NCBI GenBank assembly: GCA_041619515.1
Contig: JBFKDW010000024.1
Location: forward strand, 1-35,560
Direction: 5' to 3'
Source of the DNA: Acidimicrobiia bacterium
GTDB taxonomy: Bacteria > Actinomycetota > Acidimicrobiia > Spongiisociales > SHLN01
DNA length: 35,560 nucleotides
Positions 1-8,969 of the stretch are shown piece after piece; the first letter of the stretch is position 1, and each line of letters opens with the position of its first letter. The notes below the pieces were generated by a model. The model made no database searches and was not told the origin of the DNA. It saw only the letters and a program-made list of their open reading frames with translations. The translations under genes and the position numbers were made by a program.

Positions 1-240
1 GTGCTCTCGGGCATGGGCAACGTCTCGCTGCTGGACGGCAAGCCGTTCATTCACTCCCATGCCGTGTTCGGGGATGCCGACGGCCGGGCCTTCGGCGGCC
101 ACATCAATCACGGGTGCGAGGTATGGGCGGTCGAGGTCAGGGTTGAGACCCTTGCCGACGGTGAGCCACCGGTTCGACGCTTCGACGAGGCAACCGGCCT
201 GTCTCTGTGGGGTGGGGCAGAGAGCCCGGAGCCGTCGTGA
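1..240 (+). CDS. PPC/DUF296 domain protein, C-terminal part (5' end outside window)
   Basis: GNVSLLDGKPFIHSHAVFGD..GRAFGGH is the HxH...GGH signature of DUF296. Confidence 0.85.
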   Translation: MLSGMGNVSLLDGKPFIHSHAVFGDADGRAFGGHINHGCEVWAVEVRVETLADGEPPVRRFDEATGLSLWGGAESPEPS

Positions 241-253
241 GCAGCGTCGGCGG

Positions 254-886
254 CTAGGCCGGTTCGGGTCCGTTCTTCTTGATTTCGAAGCCCGTCTTGA
301 CCAGGAGGCGAATCAGGGCGGCGGCGGGATTCTTGAACTGTGCGGCCTGGAGCGCGTCACCGTACACCTCGAACTGACCGATCATCTTTTCGAACACGTG
401 GGTGAGGCTGATGGTGTGGAGGTTGTTCGTGTCGCTGCGCCCGAACGCCACCAACCGGGTGCGCACCTTGCGGTCGGGCGGCGTCGATTGATAACAGACG
501 AGGTGCTTCTCGATGTCGCGTGCCACGTCGTGCACTCCGTCCTCGTACAGCCAGGCCACCCGCTGGAGAACGGTGTGAAGGGTGTGGTGGTCGGTGAGGC
601 CGGGGTTGAAGACGGCTTCGCCCTGCTTGATCTCTCCGATGATGACGTCGACGGTGTCCGCATCCAGCTGGAGGACGGGGTCTTCGACCAGGAGCGCCGG
701 CGACTCGCCCTTGCCGTGCGAGTCTGCGATGTACATCGGGCCCGGGAAACGAACTGCGATGACGTCTACATCGGTGACGGTCTGGTAGATGCCGGGGGCG
801 GTTTCCCGCAGCACTTCGAACTCGGTCACCGTGAAGTAGCCGTTGAGCCGCAGATACGCTTCGACGAGCTCGACCCCGATGTCCAT
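254..886 (-). CDS. Hypothetical protein, probable PD-(D/E)XK nuclease fold
   Basis: ELVEAYLRLNGY (helix 1), TDVDVIAVR (motif II) and IIGEIK (ExK); start overlaps the upstream stop (TAATG at 884-888). Confidence 0.6.
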   Translation of the reverse strand: MDIGVELVEAYLRLNGYFTVTEFEVLRETAPGIYQTVTDVDVIAVRFPGPMYIADSHGKGESPALLVEDPVLQLDADTVDVIIGEIKQGEAVFNPGLTDHHTLHTVLQRVAWLYEDGVHDVARDIEKHLVCYQSTPPDRKVRTRLVAFGRSDTNNLHTISLTHVFEKMIGQFEVYGDALQAAQFKNPAAALIRLLVKTGFEIKKNGPEPA

Positions 887-1188
887 TACGCCGCTCCTCC
901 CCCCGCCGCTCCCAGGGCTCGCAGCCGGTCGAACGGGTAGATGCCGGTGTGATGATGGTCGGGTGAGAACGTGAAGTTGAGGGCATAGGCGCCCACCAGA
1001 GTGGTGTCAAGGATGCGGACATCGCCCGCATTCCCGGCCCCGGACGGGATGCCCTCCGGCCCGAGGCAGGTGGCGCAATGACAGTTGGCACGCAGCATCA
1101 GGGCGCTCAGCGTTGTCGTCGTGCCGTCGGACCACGTGAGGACGAGCTCGCGGCCACCCTCAACCTCAATCCGGGCGGGAACGTCCAT
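886..1188 (-). CDS. DUF971 / gamma-butyrobetaine hydroxylase-like N-terminal domain protein
   Basis: LxWSDG, LRANCHCATC, VGAYAL, DHHHTGIYPFDRLR motifs; TAGCCT-N8-ATG upstream. Confidence 0.85.
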   Translation of the reverse strand: MDVPARIEVEGGRELVLTWSDGTTTTLSALMLRANCHCATCLGPEGIPSGAGNAGDVRILDTTLVGAYALNFTFSPDHHHTGIYPFDRLRALGAAGGGAA

Positions 1189-1256
1189 GAGGCAAGAGGC
1201 TACCGCTCGAGCCGGTGCTGTCGGGCGAGGGCCCGGGCGCCCTACTATCCCGGGCC

Positions 1257-2474
1257 GTGGTGAAACCGATTCTCAACGTCCGCTCGGGCCATCCCGACTT
1301 CCTCGACCTGGACTGGACCTCGTCGATCAGAGATTGGAACCATCACCGGCTGATGGACCTGCCGAAGGGGATCTCGCGCCATGAGGTCCGCTTCGTCGGA
1401 TACCGGGAAGGCATCTACGTCATCAAGGAGCTGCCGCGTCGGCCCGCCCAGGCTGAATGGGACAACCTCCGCTGGCTGGAATCAGTGGAGGGGCCGGCGG
1501 TGATCGGAACCGGCTATGTGGTGAGGGAGGGTGTCGATCCCAGCGAGGAGTGGTCGACGGCGGTGATCACAAAGTACCTGGATCACTCATTCTCGTATCG
1601 GGAGCTGTTGCAGGGCCCGGGATTCGGCAAGCGTCGCAACCAGATGCTCGATGCCTTCGCTGCGCTGCTGGCGGAGCTGCACATCCTCGGGCTCTACTGG
1701 GGTGACTGTTCGCTCTCCAACGTGCTCTACCAGTACGACGCCGACTCGATCGCAACCACCCTGGTGGACACCGAGACCGCCGAGGTCCACGAGCACGGCC
1801 TCAGCGACGGGCAACGGGAGATGGACCTGGAGGTCATGATCACGAACGTGGCAGGCGGCATGGCCGACATTGCGGCATCGGCAGGAGGGGAGATCGACGC
1901 AGCCGACCTCGCCCTCGGCGAGGACATCGCCGACCGCTACCGGGGCTTGTGGAAAGAGCTCCACCGCCGGGAGAACGTCGGGCCGAACGAGCGATACCGA
2001 ATCACCGAGACGATCCACAGCCTCAACGAGCTCGGCTTCGAGGTTGACGATGTCGTGCTCGACCCGACCGAGGACGGCGGCAACCTGAGGTTCAACCTCC
2101 GGGTGGGAAGCCGGCGCTTCCACCGCAACCGGCTGCGCGAGCTCACCGGCATCTGGGCGACCGAGAAACAGGCGCGCACCATTCTCGGCGACCTCCAGTA
2201 TTTCCTCGCCCTCCAGGACGACCCCGAGTCGCCCACCGACAAGTCCATCGGCGCGGTCCGCTGGAGGGTGGGCGTGTTCGAGCCGATGCTGGAGCGCATT
2301 CGGCTCCTCGACCCGAATGCAGGCAACCCGGTTCAGGCCTACTGCGACTTCCTCCACCATCGCTACGTGATGTCGGCCGCCGCCGGGTACGACGTCGGGA
2401 ACGACGTGGCGTTCGAGGACTGGATCGGGCACGGACAACCCGGCTACGAGCTCGGCGGAGACCCCCCGCCCTGA
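1257..2474 (+). CDS. DUF4032-containing Kdo/WaaP-like kinase-fold protein
   Basis: GISRHEVRFV, YVIKEL, YWGDCSLSNVL, LVDTETAE and C-terminal FLHHRYVMS; GTG start lies 8 nt after TACTAT (1243-1248). Confidence 0.8.
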   Translation: MVKPILNVRSGHPDFLDLDWTSSIRDWNHHRLMDLPKGISRHEVRFVGYREGIYVIKELPRRPAQAEWDNLRWLESVEGPAVIGTGYVVREGVDPSEEWSTAVITKYLDHSFSYRELLQGPGFGKRRNQMLDAFAALLAELHILGLYWGDCSLSNVLYQYDADSIATTLVDTETAEVHEHGLSDGQREMDLEVMITNVAGGMADIAASAGGEIDAADLALGEDIADRYRGLWKELHRRENVGPNERYRITETIHSLNELGFEVDDVVLDPTEDGGNLRFNLRVGSRRFHRNRLRELTGIWATEKQARTILGDLQYFLALQDDPESPTDKSIGAVRWRVGVFEPMLERIRLLDPNAGNPVQAYCDFLHHRYVMSAAAGYDVGNDVAFEDWIGHGQPGYELGGDPPP

Positions 2475-2478
2475 TAGC

Positions 2479-3660
2479 GTGAAGCAGATGGAGGACCGCC
2501 CACCGCCCACGGGCCCTGCCAAACGGCTGCTCCAGGCTGTGGTATCCCTCGGCATCGTGGTGGCGATCTTCGTTTTCGCCTTCCCACAGTTCGCCAGCTA
2601 CCGCGACGTTTGGGCCCAGATCACCGCGATGACCTGGCTGGAGGCGGTCACACTCCTGGCGGTTGCCGTTTGGAACCTCGTCACGTACTGGTTCGTGCTC
2701 ACCGCAGTGATGCCCGGGCTCACCTACCCCCAGGCGGCGGTCTCGAATCAGGCGTCGACCGCAGTCGCCAACACCCTCCCGGGAGGAGGAGCAATCGCGG
2801 TGGGTGTCACCTACGCCATGTACCGATCGTGGGGCTTCGGCAAGGGCGAATTCACCCTCGCGGCGGTGGTGTCGGGAGTGTGGAACAACTTCGCCAAACT
2901 GGGGATGCCCGTGCTGGCCCTGGCGTTGCTCGCTCTCGAGGGTGAGATCACGGCGGCCCGCGTGGTGGCGGCGGTGGCCGGTATCGCCATGCTGCTCGGC
3001 ACGATCGCACTGTGGAGCCTGTTTCTGTACAAGGAATCGCTGGCCCGCCGCATCGGCGGGTCGGTCGGCCGGGCCGTCAGCCGCCTGAGAGCCCTGGTTC
3101 GCAAGCCGCCGGTCACAGAGTGGGGCGAGGCCGGCGTGCGGTTCCGTGCACAGGCACTGGGCCTCCTCCGGGATCGCTGGCTGCGCCTCACGATTGCAAC
3201 AGTGGTCAGCCACGTGTCGCTCTACATCGTGCTGCTGGTGACCCTGCGCCACGTGGGCGTCGGCAACGAGATTCTGTCGTGGGTACAGGTTCTGGCGGTG
3301 TTCGCGTTCATCCGCCTGATCTCGGCCCTTCCGATCACACCCGGCGGAGTAGGGGTCGTCGAGCTGGGACTGACCGTCGGGCTTCAGGTAGCGGCCGACT
3401 TTTCGACTGTGAGCGAATCACTGTTCGAGTCCAAGATCGCGGCGGCCGTGCTCGTGTTCCGCGCAATCACCTTCCTGCTGCCGGTGCCTCTGGGAGCTCT
3501 TTCATATGTCGTCTGGCGGCGAAACACGCGCTGGCGCCGGCCTCCGCATCATGATGAGGGCAATGGCACCGGCGGCGACGCCGAGACCGGCTCCTCCGAC
3601 ACTGTCGAGGGGAAGGTGGGCGCCAACGTAGACCCGCAGCGCCGCCGCAGCCGCGGCTAA
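2479..3660 (+). CDS. Lysylphosphatidylglycerol synthase TM-domain (YbhN/UPF0104 flippase-like) membrane protein
   Basis: Multiple TM segments; NTLPGGG, PITPGGVGVVE and AAVLVFRAITF motifs; alternative start ATG 2488. Confidence 0.8.
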   Translation: MKQMEDRPPPTGPAKRLLQAVVSLGIVVAIFVFAFPQFASYRDVWAQITAMTWLEAVTLLAVAVWNLVTYWFVLTAVMPGLTYPQAAVSNQASTAVANTLPGGGAIAVGVTYAMYRSWGFGKGEFTLAAVVSGVWNNFAKLGMPVLALALLALEGEITAARVVAAVAGIAMLLGTIALWSLFLYKESLARRIGGSVGRAVSRLRALVRKPPVTEWGEAGVRFRAQALGLLRDRWLRLTIATVVSHVSLYIVLLVTLRHVGVGNEILSWVQVLAVFAFIRLISALPITPGGVGVVELGLTVGLQVAADFSTVSESLFESKIAAAVLVFRAITFLLPVPLGALSYVVWRRNTRWRRPPHHDEGNGTGGDAETGSSDTVEGKVGANVDPQRRRSRG

Positions 3661-4131
3661 CGCCCACAGCACCGCTGCCCACCGGCCCACATAGGGAGTC
3701 GCGATCACCGCTATGACGAACCCGACCACAGCATGGCCCGATACGAACCCCAGCCCATCGGGCCCGCCGTCGAGGCGATAGAAGATGTCCTGCTCCAGCA
3801 GACCGCCCGGTCGCGGCCGGTCCACAATCGCTTTGACGGCCTTGGCCAGGATCCACATGGCGAAGCCGGTAGTGACCATGGCCAGAGCCGGCTGGCGAGC
3901 CCGGGTCAGGTACCACGCCAGCGCAGCGGCCACGAACGGAGCCAATACCATCCCAAACTGCATGAACGGGTAGAGGGGGACCGCCAGCCAGCCCGGCCAG
4001 CCGTTGATCCACTCGAATGCGCTCTCTTCGGCGGCCGGGACGTTCTGATTCCACACGGCGGCCGTGCTGGCAGCGAACACGGCGGCGCCTCCGGCCAACG
4101 CGATCAGCTGCTGGCGGCGAGAGTCAAGCAT
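3502..4131 (-). CDS. PAP2-family membrane phosphatase (intact catalytic motifs)
   Basis: KAIVDRPRP / FVSGH / LRVYVGAHLPLD = C1/C2/C3. Confidence 0.85.
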   Translation of the reverse strand: MLDSRRQQLIALAGGAAVFAASTAAVWNQNVPAAEESAFEWINGWPGWLAVPLYPFMQFGMVLAPFVAAALAWYLTRARQPALAMVTTGFAMWILAKAVKAIVDRPRPGGLLEQDIFYRLDGGPDGLGFVSGHAVVGFVIAVIATPYVGRWAAVLWALAAAAAALRVYVGAHLPLDSVGGAGLGVAAGAIALIMMRRPAPARVSPPDDI

Positions 4132-4801
4132 CGAGGCTCGTGTCCGCCCGGTTGCGAAGCCACCACAGGTGAACGGTGGCGCCGACGGCGATAGCTGCTG
4201 CGGCCCCCAGCAGCGTCCCGGCGATGACGTCGGTGAGCCAGTGCGCCCGGAGATAGGTCCGGCTCAGCGCCATGAAGAAGGCGAAGGCCACTGCGGCCAG
4301 CTCCCAGATGCGCCGATGCGGTCCGGCGGGCAGGAACACGATCACGAGAGCGACGGCGGTCACGGCGCCGGCAACAGCGTGGCCCGACGGGAATGCCGAC
4401 CCGGTGGTCGAGACGAGGGGATCGAGCGGACGCGGCCGGTCGTAGAGCAGCTTGAACACCGTGACCGAGATCTCGGCGACGACGATCGACGCCAGCCACA
4501 CCGTCAGCCACTCCCAGCGCTTCCGCGCCCACAGGAATCCGGAGACCGCCACCCGCAACGGCGCCGTCACCCAGGCACTGCCGACGTAGTTGAAGATCTG
4601 AGCCAACACGGTCGCTACGTCGCTTTCGATGGACACCATCCGGTCGTGGAACCAGTCGTCCATCGGCTGCAAGGTGGACCTGCCCACCGCCATCCAGACC
4701 ATGACGATGGCGGCCGAGACGTACAGCGCCGTTGCGCCTCCCACTGCCCACCGGTGGTCATCGAAGAGCGCCGGATGGCGGTGGCGGGGATGCTCACTCA
4801 T
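4124..4801 (-). CDS. PAP2-family membrane phosphatase (intact catalytic motifs)
   Basis: KLLYDRPRP / FPSGH / SRTYLRAHWLTD. Confidence 0.9.
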   Translation of the reverse strand: MSEHPRHRHPALFDDHRWAVGGATALYVSAAIVMVWMAVGRSTLQPMDDWFHDRMVSIESDVATVLAQIFNYVGSAWVTAPLRVAVSGFLWARKRWEWLTVWLASIVVAEISVTVFKLLYDRPRPLDPLVSTTGSAFPSGHAVAGAVTAVALVIVFLPAGPHRRIWELAAVAFAFFMALSRTYLRAHWLTDVIAGTLLGAAAAIAVGATVHLWWLRNRADTSLDA

Positions 4802-5652
4802 CCGAGCACGCCCTCAGCCCGCATAGCCCGCCGCACCTCACCGGCCGGGAACAAGCCGAGGGCCTCCTCGACGTCGGCGGCCAGCCGATCAACTCCCGGT
4901 CCGGAGGCGTCGAACTCGTACGTGACGCATCCGCCCGGGAACACCTGATGCCATGTGCCGGTGAAGCTGGGCCCGGGGAGGCGCCGCGCCAGTCGATCGA
5001 GCAGATCCTCGAGGTCCAGGCCGCGTTCGGCTCTCGCATCACCCGGCATGCTCAAAGTCGCCGTGCCGGCGAGGGCATCCTGCTCGTCGACGATGACGAC
5101 CGGACGACCCCGGCCGGCAGCGGCAGCGACCTTGTCGGCCAGGGGCTCGTCGTCGTCATCGAAGACGGCAAAGACCTGCCGGGAATTGATGCTGCGAGCC
5201 TCCAGCTCATCTTCGATCAGCTCAGCATGCTCGGTCTCCCGACCGGTGACTGGGATGATCACAACCGTGACTGTGGCGCCGACAAGAGTCACGCTCCGGA
5301 ACTCAACGACGTCATCACGGGGGCCTGCCAGTGCCGGAGCGGCCCCGACGTCGCACGCGGGCGTGAGGGTGACTTCCAGGAAACGCGAGCCCAGCCGATC
5401 CGAGTCGAGCGAGAAGGAGCTCTTGCCGCGGTGGGCGACGAGGTCGTTGTATGACCAGCCGACCTTCAGATCATTGAGACAGGGAATGTATTCCGCAGTG
5501 TCGACCGCCTGCATTTGGAGAATCATGGTGGCAGTGACCGTGTTGACGACATCCGGATCGACCGGGCAGGCCGGGACGGAGCGGCCCAGGTTGCTGGTGG
5601 CGCAGCCGGCGGACAACACCGCAAGCACCATCAGAGTGACGGCTCGCCGCAT
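4798..5652 (-). CDS. Cys-rich putative lipoprotein, unknown function
   Basis: MRRAVTLMVLAVLSAG-C lipobox; ATG at 5652 overlaps the upstream TGA (TGATG); four further Cys. Confidence 0.7.
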   Translation of the reverse strand: MRRAVTLMVLAVLSAGCATSNLGRSVPACPVDPDVVNTVTATMILQMQAVDTAEYIPCLNDLKVGWSYNDLVAHRGKSSFSLDSDRLGSRFLEVTLTPACDVGAAPALAGPRDDVVEFRSVTLVGATVTVVIIPVTGRETEHAELIEDELEARSINSRQVFAVFDDDDEPLADKVAAAAGRGRPVVIVDEQDALAGTATLSMPGDARAERGLDLEDLLDRLARRLPGPSFTGTWHQVFPGGCVTYEFDASGPGVDRLAADVEEALGLFPAGEVRRAMRAEGVLG

Positions 5653-7412
5653 CACACGAACCCCGCACCGGTGAGATTGTCGACCACGAATCCCGCCAGC
5701 CACAAGATTGCCAGGAGGGCGCCGGCGCCCAGGGCCAGCCGGCGCCTGCTCCAGCGCTGCACCCCAATCGGCTCGCTGGGAGGCGCCATCGACCGGAACG
5801 TTTCGATGAGGTCGGGCCGGCCCCCCGCCACGTACTGCTTGTGGGCCGAGCGGGACTGGGTGGGGATGGTGATGCCGCTGGTAGCGGCAAATGCCTCGGC
5901 GATGTCATCAGGTGTGAAGAGCTCGAGCGCCGCGGCAAACACATGAGCCGGATCGTGACGCAGCCCGAGGATGATCATCATGTTGGCGAGGTCCACTGCC
6001 TGGCGCCACGGGCTCGGGCGGACGGTGGCGAAGGCAACATCGATCAGCTTCACCTGCCCGTCATGAACCATCACGTTGGCCGGCTTGATGTCGCGATGGG
6101 CAAGGCCGGCGTCCCACAGCCTGCGAATGATCAGGAGCGCCTGGCGGATGGTGTCATCGTCGACGATGGCATCACCCAGTTCCTCGGCACCGTAGAGGAA
6201 CTCGGTGACGATGAGATACTCTTGCTCCGGCGTGATCTCGACGATTCCGTAGGGCTCGGCCGAGGGAAGACCCGCCTCCTGCATCCTGAGCAGGATGTAG
6301 TCCTCGTATTCCACCAGGCGCCGCACCGACGAGAACCGGACCTCGTCTTCGAGCGAACCGTAGAGGATGGTCCGGCCCAGCTTGTACCAGCGGTCCGAGC
6401 GCAGATGGGTCTGCGAGTAGAGCTTGGCGAACACCTGGACCTCAGGCTTCTCGGGATCTGATCCGGCAACCGTCAGCCGCAGCGGCGTAGAACCACCCGA
6501 CCCCTCGAGGGCGAACGGCTGCATCGACAGGACCTCCATCCCCAGCTGGTCGCGCACTGCCTGCTTGATGGCAGCACCCCGGGCACCGCCGATGTCGAGG
6601 TGGGCGGTGACTCCCCGCTTGTTGACTACCGGGAACACAGACTCGGGGACGAACAACTTGAACACGAGCACGGCGACGGTGAATCCGAAGAGGCCGGCCA
6701 CGACACCATCGGTTGGATGGTCCACTCCCAGGTAGGCGCGGGCAACGATCAGCAGAAAGGCGATCACCTGGGAGACGGTCAGGAAGCGGTTGCGTACCCG
6801 GCCCTTCGGGAACAGAGACATGCCCATGACCCCGAAGGTCACCGAGAGGCCTGCCACCGGCGCCGACGGGTGGCTGTACCCCGACCAGGGACCGATGATG
6901 TCGACGAGCGGCCGGGGTCGCGCCACGGCCACCTCGAGCGCGTTGACACCGACGGCCACGATGAACAGCGCAGCCAGGAAACCGAACAAGTGGCGCCAGC
7001 GCTTGTAGAAGATGAGCAGCAGAATGGTCGCCCACCGCAGCGGCCGGAGGAGCCACGGTGAACCGAGGGCATGGAGTGCGTCCATCATGCCGGTCAACCT
7101 GTCGGAGCGGAGATCGCGCAGCCAGCGCAGCACCGTCATATCCCGGTCGGTCCACCAGCTGGAGGTGCCGGGGAAGGCGAACAGCGAGATCCACACGAGC
7201 ACCACCGTCACGCCGGTCAAGATCCAGAACCAGCCGCTCGCTTGGAGCTCGCGAGGCAACGGCGGCTTCTCGCCAGAGGGGCGGCGCCGGCGGCCGGAGA
7301 GACGCATGGTGCCGATCCGCAGCTCGCGGCGCGCCCCGATCCCGGCTAGCTCGGTTCCGGTCCTGCCGCTCGGCCTCGCACGGGCCAGGGGGTGTTGATC
7401 TCCGTCAGACAC
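5652..7412 (-). CDS. Membrane fusion of a degenerate PAP2 domain and a protein-kinase-like (RIO/Kdo-type) domain
   Basis: N-terminal TM bundle with ARPRP and ARAYLGVDHPTD; kinase motifs GSGGS, FAKLY, VEYE, HRDIKPANV, LIDVAF; C-terminal TM; GTG start lies 8 nt after TATCAT (7421-7426). Confidence 0.8.
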   Translation of the reverse strand: MSDGDQHPLARARPSGRTGTELAGIGARRELRIGTMRLSGRRRRPSGEKPPLPRELQASGWFWILTGVTVVLVWISLFAFPGTSSWWTDRDMTVLRWLRDLRSDRLTGMMDALHALGSPWLLRPLRWATILLLIFYKRWRHLFGFLAALFIVAVGVNALEVAVARPRPLVDIIGPWSGYSHPSAPVAGLSVTFGVMGMSLFPKGRVRNRFLTVSQVIAFLLIVARAYLGVDHPTDGVVAGLFGFTVAVLVFKLFVPESVFPVVNKRGVTAHLDIGGARGAAIKQAVRDQLGMEVLSMQPFALEGSGGSTPLRLTVAGSDPEKPEVQVFAKLYSQTHLRSDRWYKLGRTILYGSLEDEVRFSSVRRLVEYEDYILLRMQEAGLPSAEPYGIVEITPEQEYLIVTEFLYGAEELGDAIVDDDTIRQALLIIRRLWDAGLAHRDIKPANVMVHDGQVKLIDVAFATVRPSPWRQAVDLANMMIILGLRHDPAHVFAAALELFTPDDIAEAFAATSGITIPTQSRSAHKQYVAGGRPDLIETFRSMAPPSEPIGVQRWSRRRLALGAGALLAILWLAGFVVDNLTGAGFV

Positions 7413-7544
7413 GTCCTCTGATGATACGAGTTGCGGCGACACGGCATCGGACGAACCCGTTGGGTCGAGACCCGCCAAGCACTCGGCCGGGAGTCGCGAT
7501 CGGCAGCGGGCGCCGGGCGATCCGGCCGCGGGGGCCAGCCCGGG

Positions 7545-8045
7545 CTAGTGCCGCTTGACACCGCCGTACTTCATGCGGGTGTGCGACATGGCCGCCACCT
7601 CCGCCTCATCGTCGTCGATGCCCGCAGCGACGAGCTCGCCGAGAAACAGCGTGTGAGTGCCGACGTCGATGGCCTGGCGCACCTCGCACTCGAGGTAGGC
7701 CACAGCCTCTTCGAATACGGGGGCACCGGTGACGCCCTCCCGGATGGGGCGTTCGTTGAGCGTCATGCCGTCTTTGGTCGCCGGCTTCGAGAACTTCACG
7801 AACGGCCGGGTGTCTTCGGCATCCCACAGGTTCACGGTGAACACCTGGCTCTCTTTGATCAGGCGATGGGTGACGGCGCTCTGATCGACCGAGATGGCGA
7901 TGAGGACCGGTTCCATCGAAACCTGCGTCACCCAGCTCTGCGTCATCCCGTTCCATTCGTCACCGTGCCGGGACCCAACCAGGCACAGCGCATTGGGGAT
8001 CTTCCAGGTGACCTTGTTGACGAGTTCGACGGGGAGGTCGGACAT
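7545..8045 (-). CDS. Flavin reductase family protein
   Basis: NGMTQSWVTQVSMEP, GAPV, LECEV, GTHTLFLGE; AAGGAG RBS. Confidence 0.9.
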   Translation of the reverse strand: MSDLPVELVNKVTWKIPNALCLVGSRHGDEWNGMTQSWVTQVSMEPVLIAISVDQSAVTHRLIKESQVFTVNLWDAEDTRPFVKFSKPATKDGMTLNERPIREGVTGAPVFEEAVAYLECEVRQAIDVGTHTLFLGELVAAGIDDDEAEVAAMSHTRMKYGGVKRH

Positions 8046-8164
8046 GGTGCTCTCCTTCGTTCGACTGAGACTCTACGGAGCTGGCTGCCCATACCCCGAC
8101 ACCGGCACGATCGGCCGGCCGAAGCCCGTGGCGTCGATCCCTCCGTTGTGAGGTACGCTCGATC

Positions 8165-8401
8165 ATGAGATGGATCGGGGCTGTGCTGGTGGCCGTTGTT
8201 CTGGCGTCGTGCGGCGACTCGATTGAGGAGCGAGCCGTCGACGAGTATCGGGCGTGCGCCGCCAGCTATGGCCTCGACGGCGGAGTCGTCGGCATCACCA
8301 GGGGGCCGGGCGACGGGTTCGCCATTACCGCCCCGGATTTGCCGGAGCCGGCGGCCGGTGAGTGCCTGCGGCGGGTCAACGCGGTCCTCGGAGGCGACTA
8401 G
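8165..8401 (+). CDS. Small putative lipoprotein
   Basis: MRWIGAVLVAVVLAS-C lipobox, two more Cys, TACGCT -10 element 5 nt upstream. Confidence 0.6.
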   Translation: MRWIGAVLVAVVLASCGDSIEERAVDEYRACAASYGLDGGVVGITRGPGDGFAITAPDLPEPAAGECLRRVNAVLGGD

Positions 8402-8468
8402 CGCCCGGACGGCTCGACACGCCATTTCACCCCGAGCCGGCGCCCGAGTCCAGCTAGCCTCGCGGGTG

Positions 8469-8969
8469 ATGAATGTGCTCATCGCAACGGCCGGAGTGCT
8501 CCCCCCTGAGCCGGTCGCCGCCATCGTCGAGCGCCTGGTCGATTCCCGCGACACGGTCAAGGTGGTCACGGTTCTCGCCATCCCGCGATCGTTCCTCAAC
8601 GAAATCCGATCTGAGGAATGGCGGCCGCTCACCGAATCTGCCCCCGGTTGGGAAGAGGAGGAGGATGCAGTCATCGCCCGCTACGTGGAAGAGCGGGGGC
8701 GCCGGTTGACGGGCCCGGTGGTGGCAGCGCTGCAGACCCGGGGCATCGAGGCGGAGGCTTTGCATCTGGAGGGTGAGGACAAAGCGGAGGCCATCATTCG
8801 CACCTCCGAGGAAATCGACGCCGACCTGGTAGTGCTGGGAGCAACCCGCCATATCTTCACCGAGTCGGCGTGGGAGAGCATCTCGGCGCGCGTGATGGCC
8901 GACACCCGTCGGCCGGTGCTGGTGATTCCGGGGCACGTGGCACCAGATGAGGAATCGGAGTCGGAGTGA
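8469..8969 (+). CDS. Universal stress protein (Usp)
   Basis: MNVLIAT start, AEAII...DADLVVLGAT...SISARVM..TRRPVLVIP; TAGCCT upstream. Confidence 0.85.
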   Translation: MNVLIATAGVLPPEPVAAIVERLVDSRDTVKVVTVLAIPRSFLNEIRSEEWRPLTESAPGWEEEEDAVIARYVEERGRRLTGPVVAALQTRGIEAEALHLEGEDKAEAIIRTSEEIDADLVVLGATRHIFTESAWESISARVMADTRRPVLVIPGHVAPDEESESE

